Source: an uncultured Planctomycetaceae bacterium (GTDB lineage: Bacteria > Planctomycetota > Planctomycetia > Planctomycetales > Planctomycetaceae). Taken from it: a stretch of DNA of 64,000 bases. The notes under the pieces are model-generated. The model did not search any database. It was not told the DNA's origin and saw nothing but the letters and a program-made list of their open reading frames with translations. The stretch spans positions 960,001 to 1,024,000 of the forward strand of contig CAWFGE010000012.1 of NCBI GenBank assembly GCA_963815195.1. Reading direction: 5' to 3'. The position numbers were made by a program, and so were the translations under genes. This document shows, piece after piece, positions 21,174 to 32,035 of this stretch. Every line of letters begins with the position of its first letter. Position 1 is the first letter of the stretch.

Positions 21174-23264
21174 TTACTCGTCCACCGAAATCGTCAGCGG
21201 GCGGCTGCTGTAGGTGGCTTTCATGACGAAGTTGATCGAAATATTCGCCATCACGGCGGTCACTTGCTTTTCGGTCTTTTTCGCTTTGGCGTCCGCTTTG
21301 AGGGTGATGTGCCCCGTGGTCGCTCCGTTGGTGAGCACCGTTTTGCTGCTCTTGGCGTCGATCGTGATGCCGGGCGGCAGGGGGTCGGCGTACACGCTGT
21401 TGAGATGCCGATACAGCAAATCCAATTGCACGTTGTTCTTAAAGCCCTCGGCCCGCTGGATCGTGACTTCGATCTTTTTGGATTCACCCGGTTTAAGATG
21501 AATGTCGTATTCGCTGAGTTGGACCTCGCGGATGTCGCCCGGTTCGCCGACGCCCACGGTGTGCAGGATCACCGGCCAATGCCCGCGGCCGCCGCCGGGC
21601 TGATAGGTCTCCTGATAAGGCACCGCCGTCGCGGTGAGCGGGACGGGTTTGTCCTCCCCGGCTTGATATTCCGCCGTGCCGCGCACGCTGACATTCGCGG
21701 CGACATTCGAGACGTTCTCGGGCGCTTCCAGCACGATGCAGCCGTCCCGCTGACCGGCGAGAATTCGGCCGCAGGTCGCTTTCACGCCTTCGGGCAGGCC
21801 GTCGATCTCCAAAGCGATGTCGCCTTCAAAACCGTTTTTGCGGACGGCGTTCACGAACAACACGCCGCTGGTGCCCGGCGTGAGTTCGGTCTTGTCGGTG
21901 TCGAGGTAAAGTTCGAAGTAAGGCTCCGCCCGCTTGGCTTCGATGAAGTACACAAAATCCGCCCCGCCTCGCAGATTCAAATCGCCGATCTCCAGGTAAT
22001 ATTCGCCGTCCGCGGGGGCGGCCCAGTTTTCGATCCAGGAGTCGGAAAACGTCCGCTTGTAAAGCCGGAGGTCATCGTTCTCGGTGAGCCGCCGGCCCTT
22101 GGCATCGACGATGCGGAGGCTGGAATCGAGAGCCGACTGCTGCCGATGCGCGATGACTTCAAACGAAAACCGCTCGCCCTTCTTCGCGGTGAACGCGAAG
22201 TAATCGAGGTCCGCGGGCGATTCGATCCGGCCGCTGATCCCGGCGGGCACCGAAATCTTCTGCGCGGCTTCGGGCGTGTTGTTGTCCGATGAAGTTTCCA
22301 GGGCCGCGGGCAGATCGGTGAGCACCACCGGCACGGAGTTGATCGTGCTGAGTTCTCCGGGCAAAGTCATTTCCGCCAAACCGGGTTTTTGATCTGCGGG
22401 AATGGTGATGCGGGCCTTCGTTTCCGCAGGCAACAGCGTCCCCACGAGTTCCACTTCGGTTTCCGCGCCGATGGCGAGCCCCAGCGGATGCACGTTGGTC
22501 ACGAACGGCCGCGAGTTGATTTCGATGGCATACGTCCAATAACGGTTGCCCTGGTAGCGGACATCACGGATTTCCAGAAAATACTCGCCGGCGTGCTCGA
22601 AGCGGTGGCTCAGAAACGGATCGCCGGCGAACATGTTGTCCGAAGTCGCCAGCGTGGTGCCGGTGGAATTGCGGAGGGCGATCAAAGGATCGACGTGCTG
22701 CTGGAGGTCGTGGATTTTGTCTTCGAGCCGCATCGAGCGGACGTGGAAGTTGAGCGACGTTCCCGCCTCGACCTTGAACTTGTAAAAATCCACATCCTCG
22801 GCCCGGTCGATCAGTCCGCAAACGGTGGCCGGCAGCGAAATCTCCTGGGCCTCGGGCGCGGTGTCGTTTTTTTCCTTTTCGACGGCGACCGGATCGCGGG
22901 CGATCACCAATTGCCCCAGCGTGCTCACGCCCTGCGGCGTCATCACGCGAAAGTCCCGCACGCCGGGCCGGGCGTTTTTGGAGACGTGAAACTTGATTTT
23001 GATCTTCTGCAGGTTCGGCCGCGGCTCGCCTTCTTTGAGATCCATCGGCGTGGCGATTTCGCCGGTGACGCCCTCGCCCGTGATGAGCACCGCGGTCGCT
23101 CCGTGCAGATTGTACCGCGACTCCAATTCGTGCTCGGAAGTCTGCCCCACCTGGGCGGCGACGGGATGCAACTTCATCAGCATTGGGTAGGACGTTTGGC
23201 CAAAGCCAAGAGAACCGAAGAGCCAGAAGCTGAAAAAACCGAGGGCCAGAACACGTCGTTTCAT
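21174..23264 (-). CDS. PPC (pre-peptidase C-terminal) domain protein
   Basis: Signal peptide; EKEKND, DVDFYKF, DLDYFAF and D..G..L..NDD repeats typical of planctomycete PPC proteins. Confidence 0.85.
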   Translation of the reverse strand: MKRRVLALGFFSFWLFGSLGFGQTSYPMLMKLHPVAAQVGQTSEHELESRYNLHGATAVLITGEGVTGEIATPMDLKEGEPRPNLQKIKIKFHVSKNARPGVRDFRVMTPQGVSTLGQLVIARDPVAVEKEKNDTAPEAQEISLPATVCGLIDRAEDVDFYKFKVEAGTSLNFHVRSMRLEDKIHDLQQHVDPLIALRNSTGTTLATSDNMFAGDPFLSHRFEHAGEYFLEIRDVRYQGNRYWTYAIEINSRPFVTNVHPLGLAIGAETEVELVGTLLPAETKARITIPADQKPGLAEMTLPGELSTINSVPVVLTDLPAALETSSDNNTPEAAQKISVPAGISGRIESPADLDYFAFTAKKGERFSFEVIAHRQQSALDSSLRIVDAKGRRLTENDDLRLYKRTFSDSWIENWAAPADGEYYLEIGDLNLRGGADFVYFIEAKRAEPYFELYLDTDKTELTPGTSGVLFVNAVRKNGFEGDIALEIDGLPEGVKATCGRILAGQRDGCIVLEAPENVSNVAANVSVRGTAEYQAGEDKPVPLTATAVPYQETYQPGGGRGHWPVILHTVGVGEPGDIREVQLSEYDIHLKPGESKKIEVTIQRAEGFKNNVQLDLLYRHLNSVYADPLPPGITIDAKSSKTVLTNGATTGHITLKADAKAKKTEKQVTAVMANISINFVMKATYSSRPLTISVDE

Positions 23265-23458
23265 ATTAGTGACTCAGGCAGGAGTGCAGGGAAGGAAGGA
23301 GATTTGGGGGCAAGTTATTATTGTCAGGTTTCCCCGCCCTTTGTGCAACAATGCGAGCGGCGACGCGGATCGGGCTTCCGCGGACGTGTGGATAGAAGCG
23401 GATTCGGCGGCACGTGCCTGCGCTCAGAGCGTGCCACCCGAGTTTGCAAGCTTTTCTT

Positions 23459-24172
23459 TCAGCGGACGTGCGGATAGAACCGCGCGAGGCGGTTGGGGGA
23501 GACGCCGCAGTGGGCCAGGGCGATCAAACTCCAGTTGCGGAGGGTCTGGCGGATCACGCCTTTCTTTTGCCAGCGGCGGGCGGAGATGCGGATCGGCGGA
23601 TCGAGAAGGATGATTCTTCCCTGGCGTTTGAGGCGTTTCATCAAGTACAAATCCTCCATCAAGCGGAGTTCTGGAAACCCGCCGATTTCCTGGAACACGC
23701 TTCGCCTCACGAAAATCCCCTGATCGCCGTACGCCCATTTCAAAATCCGAACCCGCCCGGCGTTGCCACGTTCCACGATGCGGTATTTCCAACCGTCGGC
23801 GTCGATCCGCTGCCGAAAGCAGCCGCCCGCGCATTGGGGATCTTCGAGGGCCGATCGAATCGCTTCCAGGCTGCCGGGCTGCAATCGGCAGTCGGCGTGC
23901 AGAAACAGCAAAACGTCTCCCGCACTCGCCGCCGCCCCGGTGTTTTGCTGGACGGCGCGACCCGGAGATGAGGGCAATGCCAAATCGGCTTCGTGGGCTC
24001 TTTCGGGGGTGCCGTCGGTACTGCCGCCGTCGACCACGACGATTTCGACATCGCCCAGGCGTCTGGTTTGCCGGATCACATCGGCAATCTGGTCGGCTTC
24101 GTTGAGGGCGGGAATGATGACCGAAATCCGCACCGGCCCAAAGCTCCTTTCGGACGTTGTCGGACAAACCAA
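23459..24172 (-). CDS. GT2 glycosyltransferase, TIGR04283 family
   Basis: ISVIIPALNEA, VVDGGSTD, FLHAD, YGDQGIF, MED and SARRW motifs. Confidence 0.9.
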   Translation of the reverse strand: MVCPTTSERSFGPVRISVIIPALNEADQIADVIRQTRRLGDVEIVVVDGGSTDGTPERAHEADLALPSSPGRAVQQNTGAAASAGDVLLFLHADCRLQPGSLEAIRSALEDPQCAGGCFRQRIDADGWKYRIVERGNAGRVRILKWAYGDQGIFVRRSVFQEIGGFPELRLMEDLYLMKRLKRQGRIILLDPPIRISARRWQKKGVIRQTLRNWSLIALAHCGVSPNRLARFYPHVR

Positions 24173-24254
24173 ACCGGGGCTAGCGCCCTGCGCTTGCCCC
24201 GGACTGACATAGGGCCGGACCTTAGGCCCTAAATTCTTTTGGTGCAGGCGTGTG

Positions 24255-25368
24255 CTATTTCTCCGCGCCGATGTTCCACCGCAGGTACGATTCGATGAAC
24301 GGATCCAGATCGCCGTCTAAGACGGCGGTGGGGTTGCCGGCTTTGTGGCCTGTGCGGGTGTCTTTGACGTATTGCTCCGGGTGCAGAACGTAGTTGCGGG
24401 CGGTTTCGCCGCCAAAGCCGATTTTGGATTTCTGGCCCCGGCGGGCGGCGACCTCGGCTTCGCGCTTTTCCACCTCGGCTTGATAGAGTTTCGCGATCAG
24501 CATTTTCCGCGCGGTCGCCCGGTTTTTGTGCTGGCTCCGCTCGTTCTGGCATTGGACGACTTCGCCCGTGGGGATGTGCGTCAGGCGGACCGCGGAATCG
24601 GTCTTGTTGACGTGCTGGCCGCCCGCACCGCCCGCGCGGTACGTGTCTTCGCGGACGATCTTCGGATCGTCCCAGGGGATGTCGATCTCGATATTGTCGT
24701 CCGGCTCCGGCGTGACATCGACCGCCGCGAACGAAGTCTGCCTGCGCCCCGCCGCGTCGAACGGGCTGATGCGGATCAGCCGATGATTGCCGCTCTCGCC
24801 TTTGAGATAGCCGTACGCATAATCGCCGCGCACGGCAATCGTGGCGTTGCGGATCCCGGCTTCTTCGGCGTCGGAGCGTTCCAAAAGCTCGACCTGATAG
24901 CCCTGAATCTCGGCCCAGCGGAGGTACATCCGAAGGAGCATCTCGGCCCAGTCGGACGCATCCGTGCCGCCCTCGCCCGCCTGCACCTTGAGGTACGCAT
25001 TGCAGGCGTCTTCCGGCTGCGACATGATCGCCTTGAGCTCGACCGCATCGACTTTGGGGCGGAGTTTTTTGACGGTGGCCGCCAGTTCTTTTTCGCTCGC
25101 CTCGTCTTCCTCGGCGAACTCCAACAGCACGCCCAAATCCTCCGCCGCCTGCGAGAGTTCCTCGAGCGGTTTGACGGTGGCGTTGATCCGGCTGAGCTCG
25201 CCCACGACCCCTTGGGCTTTCTCCTGGTCATTCCAGAAGTTGGGGGCCGCCATCAATTGGCTGATTTCCTGAATGCGGGATTTTTTGGGAGCGAGGTCAA
25301 AGACTGTCCCGCAAATGAACAATCCGCTGAATCAAGTCCTGGCCCGCTTCACGCAATTCGGGATTCAT
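24255..25368 (-). CDS. prfB: Peptide chain release factor 2, with programmed +1 frameshift
   Basis: SPF and GGQ motifs; first segment ATG 25368 ends CTT TGA C at 25302-25296; aggag RBS upstream. Confidence 0.97.
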
Positions 25369-25505
25369 CGAAAAACTCCTGGAGAGGAAAGTTCCATCAC
25401 CTCCCCATTGTAGGCGATTCCGGCAGACGGGAACAGGTCTTGCGGTTAAGGCCGGGTTCCCGGTAGCATTCCCCGGTTTTTCGAGATCATTCCAAAGTTC
25501 GTTTT

Positions 25506-25702
25506 AGCCGCGAAGCGGCGGCAGCATATAGCTGCGGGCGTCAGCCCGCAGATCCCGGCGATTCAAAAGTCTTAAGCCGCGAAGCGGCGACAGCAAGCGA
25601 TCGAGCAAAATGTGCTGTCGCCGCTTCGCGGCTCTCGATCGCTTTTGGTTCTCTTTCCGTGGGCTTACGCCCACGGCTATGTGCTGCCGTCGCTTCGCGA
25701 CT
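25506..25702. repeat. Nested palindromic REP-like element (agccgcgaagcggcg units)
   Basis: Two forward and two inverted copies of agccgcgaagcggcg(g/a)cagca with small internal hairpins. Confidence 0.85.
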
Positions 25703-25765
25703 CCGGAATTGCGCAACTTCAAAGCTTGCCCTTCGGGGGAAGCTTGGGGAAAGGATGCCCTGGCA

Positions 25766-27060
25766 ATGGAGGATCGCGACACATTACTGCGGCGGATCTG
25801 GGTGATTTCGGAACTCTATTATCCCGAAGACACCTCGACCGGATACTACCTGACCCGCATCGCCGAGGGCCTGGCCGAGCGAACGGCGACGCCCGTGCAC
25901 GTGCTTTGCGGGCAACCGACGTATGCCGCCCGCGGCCGGAAAACCGACGCCGTCGAGGTGCATCACGACGTGCAAATCCTGAGGTGTTGGAGCACGACCT
26001 TCAACAAAGACCGTCTGCTGTTACGCGTGGTGAATTTGCTCACGCTGTGCCTGTCCATGTTCTGGCACGCGGCCTGGCAATTCCGGCGGGGCGACCGGGT
26101 TCTGGTCGTTACCAATCCGCCGCTACTGCCTTTTGTGATTTCCTGGATCTGCCGGCTCCGGGGCGTTCCGTGCGTGCTGTTGATTCACGATGTGTACCCC
26201 GATGTCGCGGTGGCGGCGGGGCTATTGCGCCCGTCGTCCTTTGTCGTCCGTTGGTTGGATCGCGCGGTCGGGCGGTTGTATCGGTCGATGGAGCGGATCA
26301 TCGTGTTGGGCCGGGACATGCAGGCGCTCGTGGAGCAAAAACTCCCGCCCGGCGACGGCCGCGTGCAAAATATTCCCAACTGGGCCGACACCGATCTGGT
26401 CCAACCCCAGGTTGGAAAAAACCGCCTGCTGGAAAAGCTCGGCTTGACGGACAAGTTCGTCGTGCAGTACGCGGGAAACATGGGCCGCTCGCACAACCTC
26501 GAAGCGATCGTCGAATGCGCCCAGAGGCTTAAGCACCGCGAGGACATCCACTTCCTGCTCGCCGGCTCCGGGGCGAAGAAAGCCTGGCTGACTAAGACGG
26601 CCGCCGACTTAAAGCTGTCCAACGTGACAATCGCCGATCGATTCCCCCGCGAGGATCTGCCGGACTTGTTGACCGCGGGGGACGTGGCGCTCATCACGTT
26701 TGTGAAAGGCATGGCGGGCATCTCGGTGCCGAGCCGGTTGTATAACGTGCTCGCCGCGTGCAAACCGATCATCGCCATCGCGGAACCGCATTCGGAACTT
26801 GCCCGGGTGATCGAGGAAGAGCACGTGGGCTGGGTTGTCTCTCCGGAAGATCCGGCCGCGTTTGAAGCCGCCGTCCTGAAAGCCGCCGCCTGCCCGCAAA
26901 CACGGAAGCAAATGGGGAATCGCGCCCGGCGGGCGGCCGAATCGACATATCGATACGACGGGATTCTGGATGCGTACTTTCAAATCGTCGCGGCAACGCC
27001 CGACGAACTGCCGCGGCCGGAGTCTGATTCGCACCAAGCATTCCCGCTCCGCTTGAAATG
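25766..27060 (+). CDS. Glycosyltransferase family 4 (3' end uncertain)
   Basis: ISELYYPE, HDVYPD, IPNWAD, YAGNMG, VPSRLY..LA..KPII; apparent fusion to the next gene is likely an indel artefact. Confidence 0.88.
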
Positions 27061-27095
27061 GATCGGAAAACAGATTGAGGAGGATCATCGAACCG

Positions 27096-28093
27096 ATGTC
27101 GCGAATCTTGGTCACGGGAGCGTCGGGGTTTTTGGGGCAAGCGGTCGCGCGCGAACTGCAAGCGGCCGGGGTGACGGTTCGCTGCACGGGCCGGCGGGAA
27201 CCGCGGGAGCAACTCCCAGACTACCGGCGGGCCGATTTGAGACATTCCCGCGAGATCCCGGAGATGCTCCAAGGCGTGACGGGCATCGTGCATTGCGCGG
27301 GGTTGGCGCATCAGTTTCGGCAAGGCGAACAGCACGCGCTCCCGTTTCAGAGCATCAATTGCGAAGCCGCCGAACGCCTGGCCCACATCGCGGCGGCTCA
27401 AGGGGTCGAGCGGTTTTTGCTGGTGAGTTCCGTTTCGGTTTACGGGCCGGCGAAAACACGCGGCCTGCGCGACGAAAACTCCGTGGCCAATCCCGTAACG
27501 GCTTATGCAATCAGCAAGCGCGACGCGGAGATTCGCCTGCTCCGGATCGCCGCCCAAACCGGAATGCAAGTCATGATCCTCCGCATGGCCACGCTCTACG
27601 GCGAAGGCGACCCGGGCAACGTGGGCCGGCTGATGGACGCGATCCGCCGCCGGCGGCTTGTGATGATCGGTTCCGGAGAGAACAAAAAAAGCCTGCTCCA
27701 CGTAAACGACGCCGCCCGCGCGCTGCGCGGGCCGTGCTCCAGGCAACCGATCGGCCGGCCGGGATCTGGAACGTCGCGGCGGCCCCGAGTTCGATGAAGG
27801 AGATCGTCGCGGGGTTGTCCGAAGCCCTCGGTTGTCCGCCGCCCAAATATCATTTGCCCGCCGGTTTGGTTCTGGGGATGCTTCGAACCGCCGCGGCTTT
27901 GGGGATGGGCCCCGTTCGCCGCCTGGCCCGCTCGAGGTTGGAAACCGTCCAGAAGTGGCTGGCGGAGGATGCTTACAACGGTTCGCGGTTCGCGGCGGAT
28001 TTCGATTGGCGATCGGAGATTCCGTTGGAAGAAGGCTTCCGCCGAATGGCCGCGGGTTCCACAGATTCCATCCCCCTGAAACGGGCGGCTTAG
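27096..28093 (+). CDS. NAD-dependent epimerase/dehydratase (frameshift ~27750)
   Basis: ILVTGASGFLG, VSS..VYG and Y..SK motifs; C-terminus continues in another frame to 28093. Confidence 0.85.
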
Positions 28094-28098
28094 GTGAC

Positions 28099-28696
28099 AT
28101 GAAACGACTCTTCGATGTGCTGGCGGCGGCGTTTTTGTTGGGGGTGTTGGCGGTGCCGATGGCGGCGATTGCCTGGGCGGTGAAGCTCACTTCGCGGCCC
28201 CGTCTTGTACTGGTCTGACCGCGTGGGGCGGGGGAACAGGATTTTTCGGATGCCCAAATTTCGCTCCATGCGGACCGAGACGCCGGAACTCCCCACGCAT
28301 CTGCTGACGGACTCCCGGCATTGGATCACGCCCTTGGGACGTTTTCTGAGAAAAACCAGCCTCGATGAACTCCCGCAGCTGTGGAGCATCCTCGTTGGCG
28401 ACATGAGCTTCGTCGGGCCGCGGCCGGCGCTGTTCAACCAGGACGATTTGATCGCGCTGCGAACGGAAAAAGGCATCCACGAACTCCTGCCGGGCCTGAC
28501 GGGCTGGGCCCAAATCAACGGCCGCGATGAATTGCCCATTCCCGAAAAAGTCGCGCTCGATGAAATCTATCTCCACCGCCGGTCGTTTGCGTGGGATTTG
28601 AAGATTCTGCTCTTAACAGCCCTCAAAGTGGCGCGGCGTGAAGGCGTCGCGCAGACCGGCGATCAAAGGGCCACAAACTCCCGCCGGGCGGCATAA
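28099..28696 (+). CDS. Bacterial sugar transferase (undecaprenyl-phosphate phosphoglycosyltransferase), frameshift ~28200
   Basis: MKRLFD start; KFRSM, SLDELPQL, GDMSFVGPRP and PGLTGWAQING motifs. Confidence 0.9.
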
Positions 28697-28714
28697 CTCA
28701 TGGCAAAAAAAAAC

Positions 28715-28868
28715 GGTTCTTCCGGCGAATGAGGGGCAACTACGACGGTGTTAAAGAATATCTTGTGTGCTCTTTCACCTCCCCAACGGGCCCAAAGGGG
28801 AGGTGAAATCCATCATTCCATTCATTCATTCATTGATCACACAAAAAGATCATCCACGTCTGCCCCCC
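28715..28868. repeat. MITE-like element copy 2 (reverse orientation, distal TIR missing)
   Basis: Near-identical to the reverse complement of 1086-1246. Confidence 0.85.
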
Positions 28869-28870
28869 TG

Positions 28871-28999
28871 AGTACTTCCAAAATTGCCTGAGCCGCGCAC
28901 GAAGTAAGCGGTCTTGCGCTGCCTGAGTCCCTGAAAACCGCTTACTTCGTGCGCGGCTCTGGAAAACCAAACCAATTTCCTGAGCTTTTTGGAAGTACT
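28871..28999. repeat. Nested palindromic element abutting MITE copy 2
   Basis: agtacttccaaaa/ttttggaagtact outer arms; gagccgcgcacgaagtaagcgg/ccgcttacttcgtgcgcggctc inner arms. Confidence 0.8.
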
Positions 29000-29257
29000 G
29001 AAACTTGAAACAGTTGAATTTACGAACGGTCGAAAAGCTGCGCAAAGACAAATCGTCGTCAACACCAAATTTTTAACGGCCCAGGCTAGCGCCTACCGCT
29101 CAGATTTTCCAAAAGATTCTCAGCGAAACGTAAAACCTGTAACAGGAAACGTGAAACATGAAACCTCCGCCGTTTGCTGGCGGGATCGGCTGGCTTTATA
29201 ATCTTCGCTGGTTTTGACTCTGTCTTCCCTTAAACAGTCAACAGAAAGCCGGCAGTT

Positions 29258-30358
29258 ATGTCCCAGTGGCCCATCGGTGCGGAGTTTTACGAACTGGATA
29301 CGCCCGCGTTGTGCATCGACCTGGAGAAGATGGAAGCCAACATCGCGCGGATGGCCGCCTGGATGACCGAGCGAGGCAAAGCCTGGCGGCCGCACCAGAA
29401 ATGCCACAAAACGCCCGCGATCGCCTGGAAGGAACTGGACGCCGGGGCCATCGGCGTGACCTGTGCCAAGGTCTCCGAAGCCGAGGTGATGGCCGCCGCG
29501 GGGATTCGGGACATCCTGATCGCGAACATGATCGTCGGCCGGAAAAAATGGGAGCGGGTCGCCTCGTTATGCCGGCATGCCGACCCGATTGTCGCCTCTG
29601 ACCACTTCGCCCAAGTGGAACCCTTGGCGGCTGTCTGCCGGGAGCGGGGCGTTTGCTGCCGGGTGATTATCGAAGTCAACATCGGCCTGGATCGCGTCGG
29701 TGCCCGGCCCGGCCGCGACACGCTCGACCTGGCCCGCGCGATTTCGCAACTGGAAGGCGTCGAGCTGGCGGGCATCATGGGCTACGAAGGGCATTTGCTC
29801 CGGCTCAAAGACCTGGACGAAAAACGCCGGCTCATCGAGGAAGCGATGGGCGTGCTCTGCCACTGCCGGGATATGCTTTTGAATGATGACCTGAATTGCG
29901 AAATCGTGAGCGCGGGCGGCACGGGATCGTATCAGATCACGTCCGACTGCGAAGGCATCACCGAACTCCAAGCCGGCGGCGGCATTTTCGCGGACCCCTT
30001 ATACCAGGAAGACATGGACGTGAAGGGCCTCGAAACCGCGGTGACCGTGCTCGCGACCGTCGTCAGCCGGCCAGCGCTCGACCGGGCGATTTTGGACTCC
30101 GGCCGCAAGACGGTGAACCCCGACCTGATGAAACCCACCGTCAAGAATCATCCCGGCGCCCAAGTCACCCATCTGAGTGCCGAGCATTGCCAGCTTCAGC
30201 TCAGCGGGGCTTCCCAAGACCTGAAAATCGGCGATAAAATTGAACTGTACGTCCCGTATTCCGATTTCACGACGGTCTTACACGATCAGTTCTTCGGCAT
30301 CCGGAACGGCCGACTGGAAACCGTCTGGCCGATCCTGGGCCGGGGCAAATTGCAATAG
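29258..30358 (+). CDS. DSD1/D-threonine aldolase family PLP enzyme
   Basis: LDTPAL.ID, RPHQKCHK, GIMGYEGH, GGTG and LSAEH motifs. Confidence 0.9.
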   Translation: MSQWPIGAEFYELDTPALCIDLEKMEANIARMAAWMTERGKAWRPHQKCHKTPAIAWKELDAGAIGVTCAKVSEAEVMAAAGIRDILIANMIVGRKKWERVASLCRHADPIVASDHFAQVEPLAAVCRERGVCCRVIIEVNIGLDRVGARPGRDTLDLARAISQLEGVELAGIMGYEGHLLRLKDLDEKRRLIEEAMGVLCHCRDMLLNDDLNCEIVSAGGTGSYQITSDCEGITELQAGGGIFADPLYQEDMDVKGLETAVTVLATVVSRPALDRAILDSGRKTVNPDLMKPTVKNHPGAQVTHLSAEHCQLQLSGASQDLKIGDKIELYVPYSDFTTVLHDQFFGIRNGRLETVWPILGRGKLQ

Positions 30359-30365
30359 CGGATTG

Positions 30366-30437
30366 ATTAGCCGCCGGTGGCTAGCCCCGGTTCAATGTTT
30401 GCATTCATTAGCCGCCGGTGCTAGCCCCGGTTCAATG
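30366..30437. repeat. Tandem pair of ~31 bp REP-like units
   Basis: attagccgccggt(g)gctagccccggttcaatg x2; inverted relatives at ~24172 and ~34243. Confidence 0.75.
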
Positions 30438-30487
30438 CGATAACCAAATCTTGACGTTCCCGCGGATCAGCAGAACGGAGCGACAGC

Positions 30488-31033
30488 ATGAGAGTCCAAC
30501 GGCCGTTGGAAGGGCAGCGTTATTTGATCTTCGTCGAGCACGAGTACGAAGACTTGGAGTTGTGGTATCCCAAGCTTCGCCTGGAGGAAGCCGGTGCCCA
30601 GGTGGTGGTCGCGGGGCCGAAGCTCGGCGTGACCTATCGCGGGAAGCATGGTTACCCCTGCGTGGCCGACGCCGACATTCCCGATATAAAAGCGGGTGAC
30701 TTTCAAGGCGTGGTCTGCCCGGGCGGTTGGGCGCCGGACAAGCTCCGCCGGGACGAGAAGGTCCTGGGCCTCGTTCGGCAATTTACCGCGGCGGGAAAAC
30801 TGGTGGCGGCGATTTGCCACGGCGGTTGGATTCCCATTTCCGCCGGGGTTTACGAAGGCGTCCGCGTGACGGGTTCGCCGGGCATCAAAGATGATCTTGT
30901 GAACGCCGGGGCGGTGTGGGAGGATGCGGAAGTCGTGGTGGATCGGCAATTCGTCAGCAGCCGCCGGCCGTCCGATTTGCCCGCGTTCTGCGCCGCGATC
31001 CTCGATTTGATCCCCCATTTGGAGAATGCCTAA
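30488..31033 (+). CDS. PfpI/DJ-1 family (type 1 glutamine amidotransferase-like) protein
   Basis: YEDLELWYP, PGGWAPDKLR, AICHG and SRRP.DL motifs. Confidence 0.92.
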   Translation: MRVQRPLEGQRYLIFVEHEYEDLELWYPKLRLEEAGAQVVVAGPKLGVTYRGKHGYPCVADADIPDIKAGDFQGVVCPGGWAPDKLRRDEKVLGLVRQFTAAGKLVAAICHGGWIPISAGVYEGVRVTGSPGIKDDLVNAGAVWEDAEVVVDRQFVSSRRPSDLPAFCAAILDLIPHLENA

Positions 31034-31158
31034 TCGCCGATCGCTCGGGTAGTGCGACGCCATCGAAAACGGTCAGAAATCTCGAACATCTTTGGTTTCG
31101 TCGTGTCTGTCGGATGGCGCACCGACGATTTTTACGTTCTCTCGAAAATGTTTTTTGA

Positions 31159-31788
31159 ATGCCTGATTCCCCGCTGACCGCGGAAGAACGAAACGTCCCG
31201 GTTCAGATTGCGCAGATCGTCCCCCGCACCAAAGCCGAAGGGCCGGGCGAGCGGTTTGCGATCTGGTTCCAGGGCTGCCCGTTTCGCTGTCCGGGTTGCT
31301 GCAATCCGGAGATGCTCCGCTTCGCAGGCGGCGAGACATTCCCCGTCGGCGAGGTGCTCGCTCAGATCGAGTCGGCCAATACGTCGTCGGAGATCCTTGA
31401 AGGCATCACACTCCTGGGCGGAGAACCCCTGGCCCATGCCGAAGGAGCCGCGTTGATTGCCCGGGGAACGAAGCGGTTGGGGTTGTCCGTGATGATCTTC
31501 ACTGGCTACCGCTGGGAAGAGATCGCGAGAAATCCCGACGAAGCCGTGAAGGAATTAATCGCCCACACCGATTTGCTGGTCGATGGACGTTACGAGCGGG
31601 ACCAGCCGGAACCGGCCCGCCGCTGGATCGGGTCGGCCAATCAGCAGATTTATTTTCTGACCGATCGCTATTCGCCGGACGATCCCTGTTGGCGGGAACG
31701 CGACACGTTGGAGATTCGCTGGGAAAACCGAAACCTCACCATCAACGGTTTCCCCGCCCCCTCCGCCGTCGGCCTGTGGAAACGGTGA
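31159..31788 (+). CDS. Radical SAM protein, NrdG-like activase family
   Basis: GPG.R...WFQGCPFRCPGCCNP, GGEP, DLLVDG and GSANQ motifs. Confidence 0.88.
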   Translation: MPDSPLTAEERNVPVQIAQIVPRTKAEGPGERFAIWFQGCPFRCPGCCNPEMLRFAGGETFPVGEVLAQIESANTSSEILEGITLLGGEPLAHAEGAALIARGTKRLGLSVMIFTGYRWEEIARNPDEAVKELIAHTDLLVDGRYERDQPEPARRWIGSANQQIYFLTDRYSPDDPCWRERDTLEIRWENRNLTINGFPAPSAVGLWKR

Positions 31789-31805
31789 AAAGATTTCGGA
31801 GGGGA

Positions 31806-31999
31806 CCACGAAATACACGAAACACCTGGCGCGGCACGCGCCGCAACCACAGAGAAATGAACCACGGATAATGCGAATAGAACGGATAAAAAACAAAAGA
31901 CCCAAGAACCGGAAATCAACAAAGATTTGAAGGGAACACGAAGTCACGCCAATCTTTCCCTCGTTTCCAAGCTCCCCTTTTTCGTGTGTTTCGTGGTTC
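31806..31999. repeat. Intergenic inverted repeat cluster (accacgaaatacacgaaa...tttcgtgtgtttcgtggt)
   Basis: Imperfect inverted arms at both ends of the gap; a related motif lies at 11600-11660. Confidence 0.55.
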
Positions 32000-32035
32000 C
32001 CCTCTCCGACAATCCGAGTTGACGAGGTCGAGACA

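Noticed and set aside
23459..24172. Arsenosugar biosynthesis cluster suggested by the TIGR04283 glycosyltransferase
   Set aside because: No partner genes (arsM, arsS-like radical SAM, TIGR04282) are adjacent.
25506..25702. Possible CRISPR array, also considered at 30366-30437 and 59481-59580
   Set aside because: Repeats are inverted, too short or lack unique regular spacers; no cas genes are present.
25610..28093. Apparent 827 aa GT4-epimerase fusion
   Set aside because: The middle part is out-of-frame epimerase sequence, and the epimerase has its own RBS and ATG at 27096; explained by indels.
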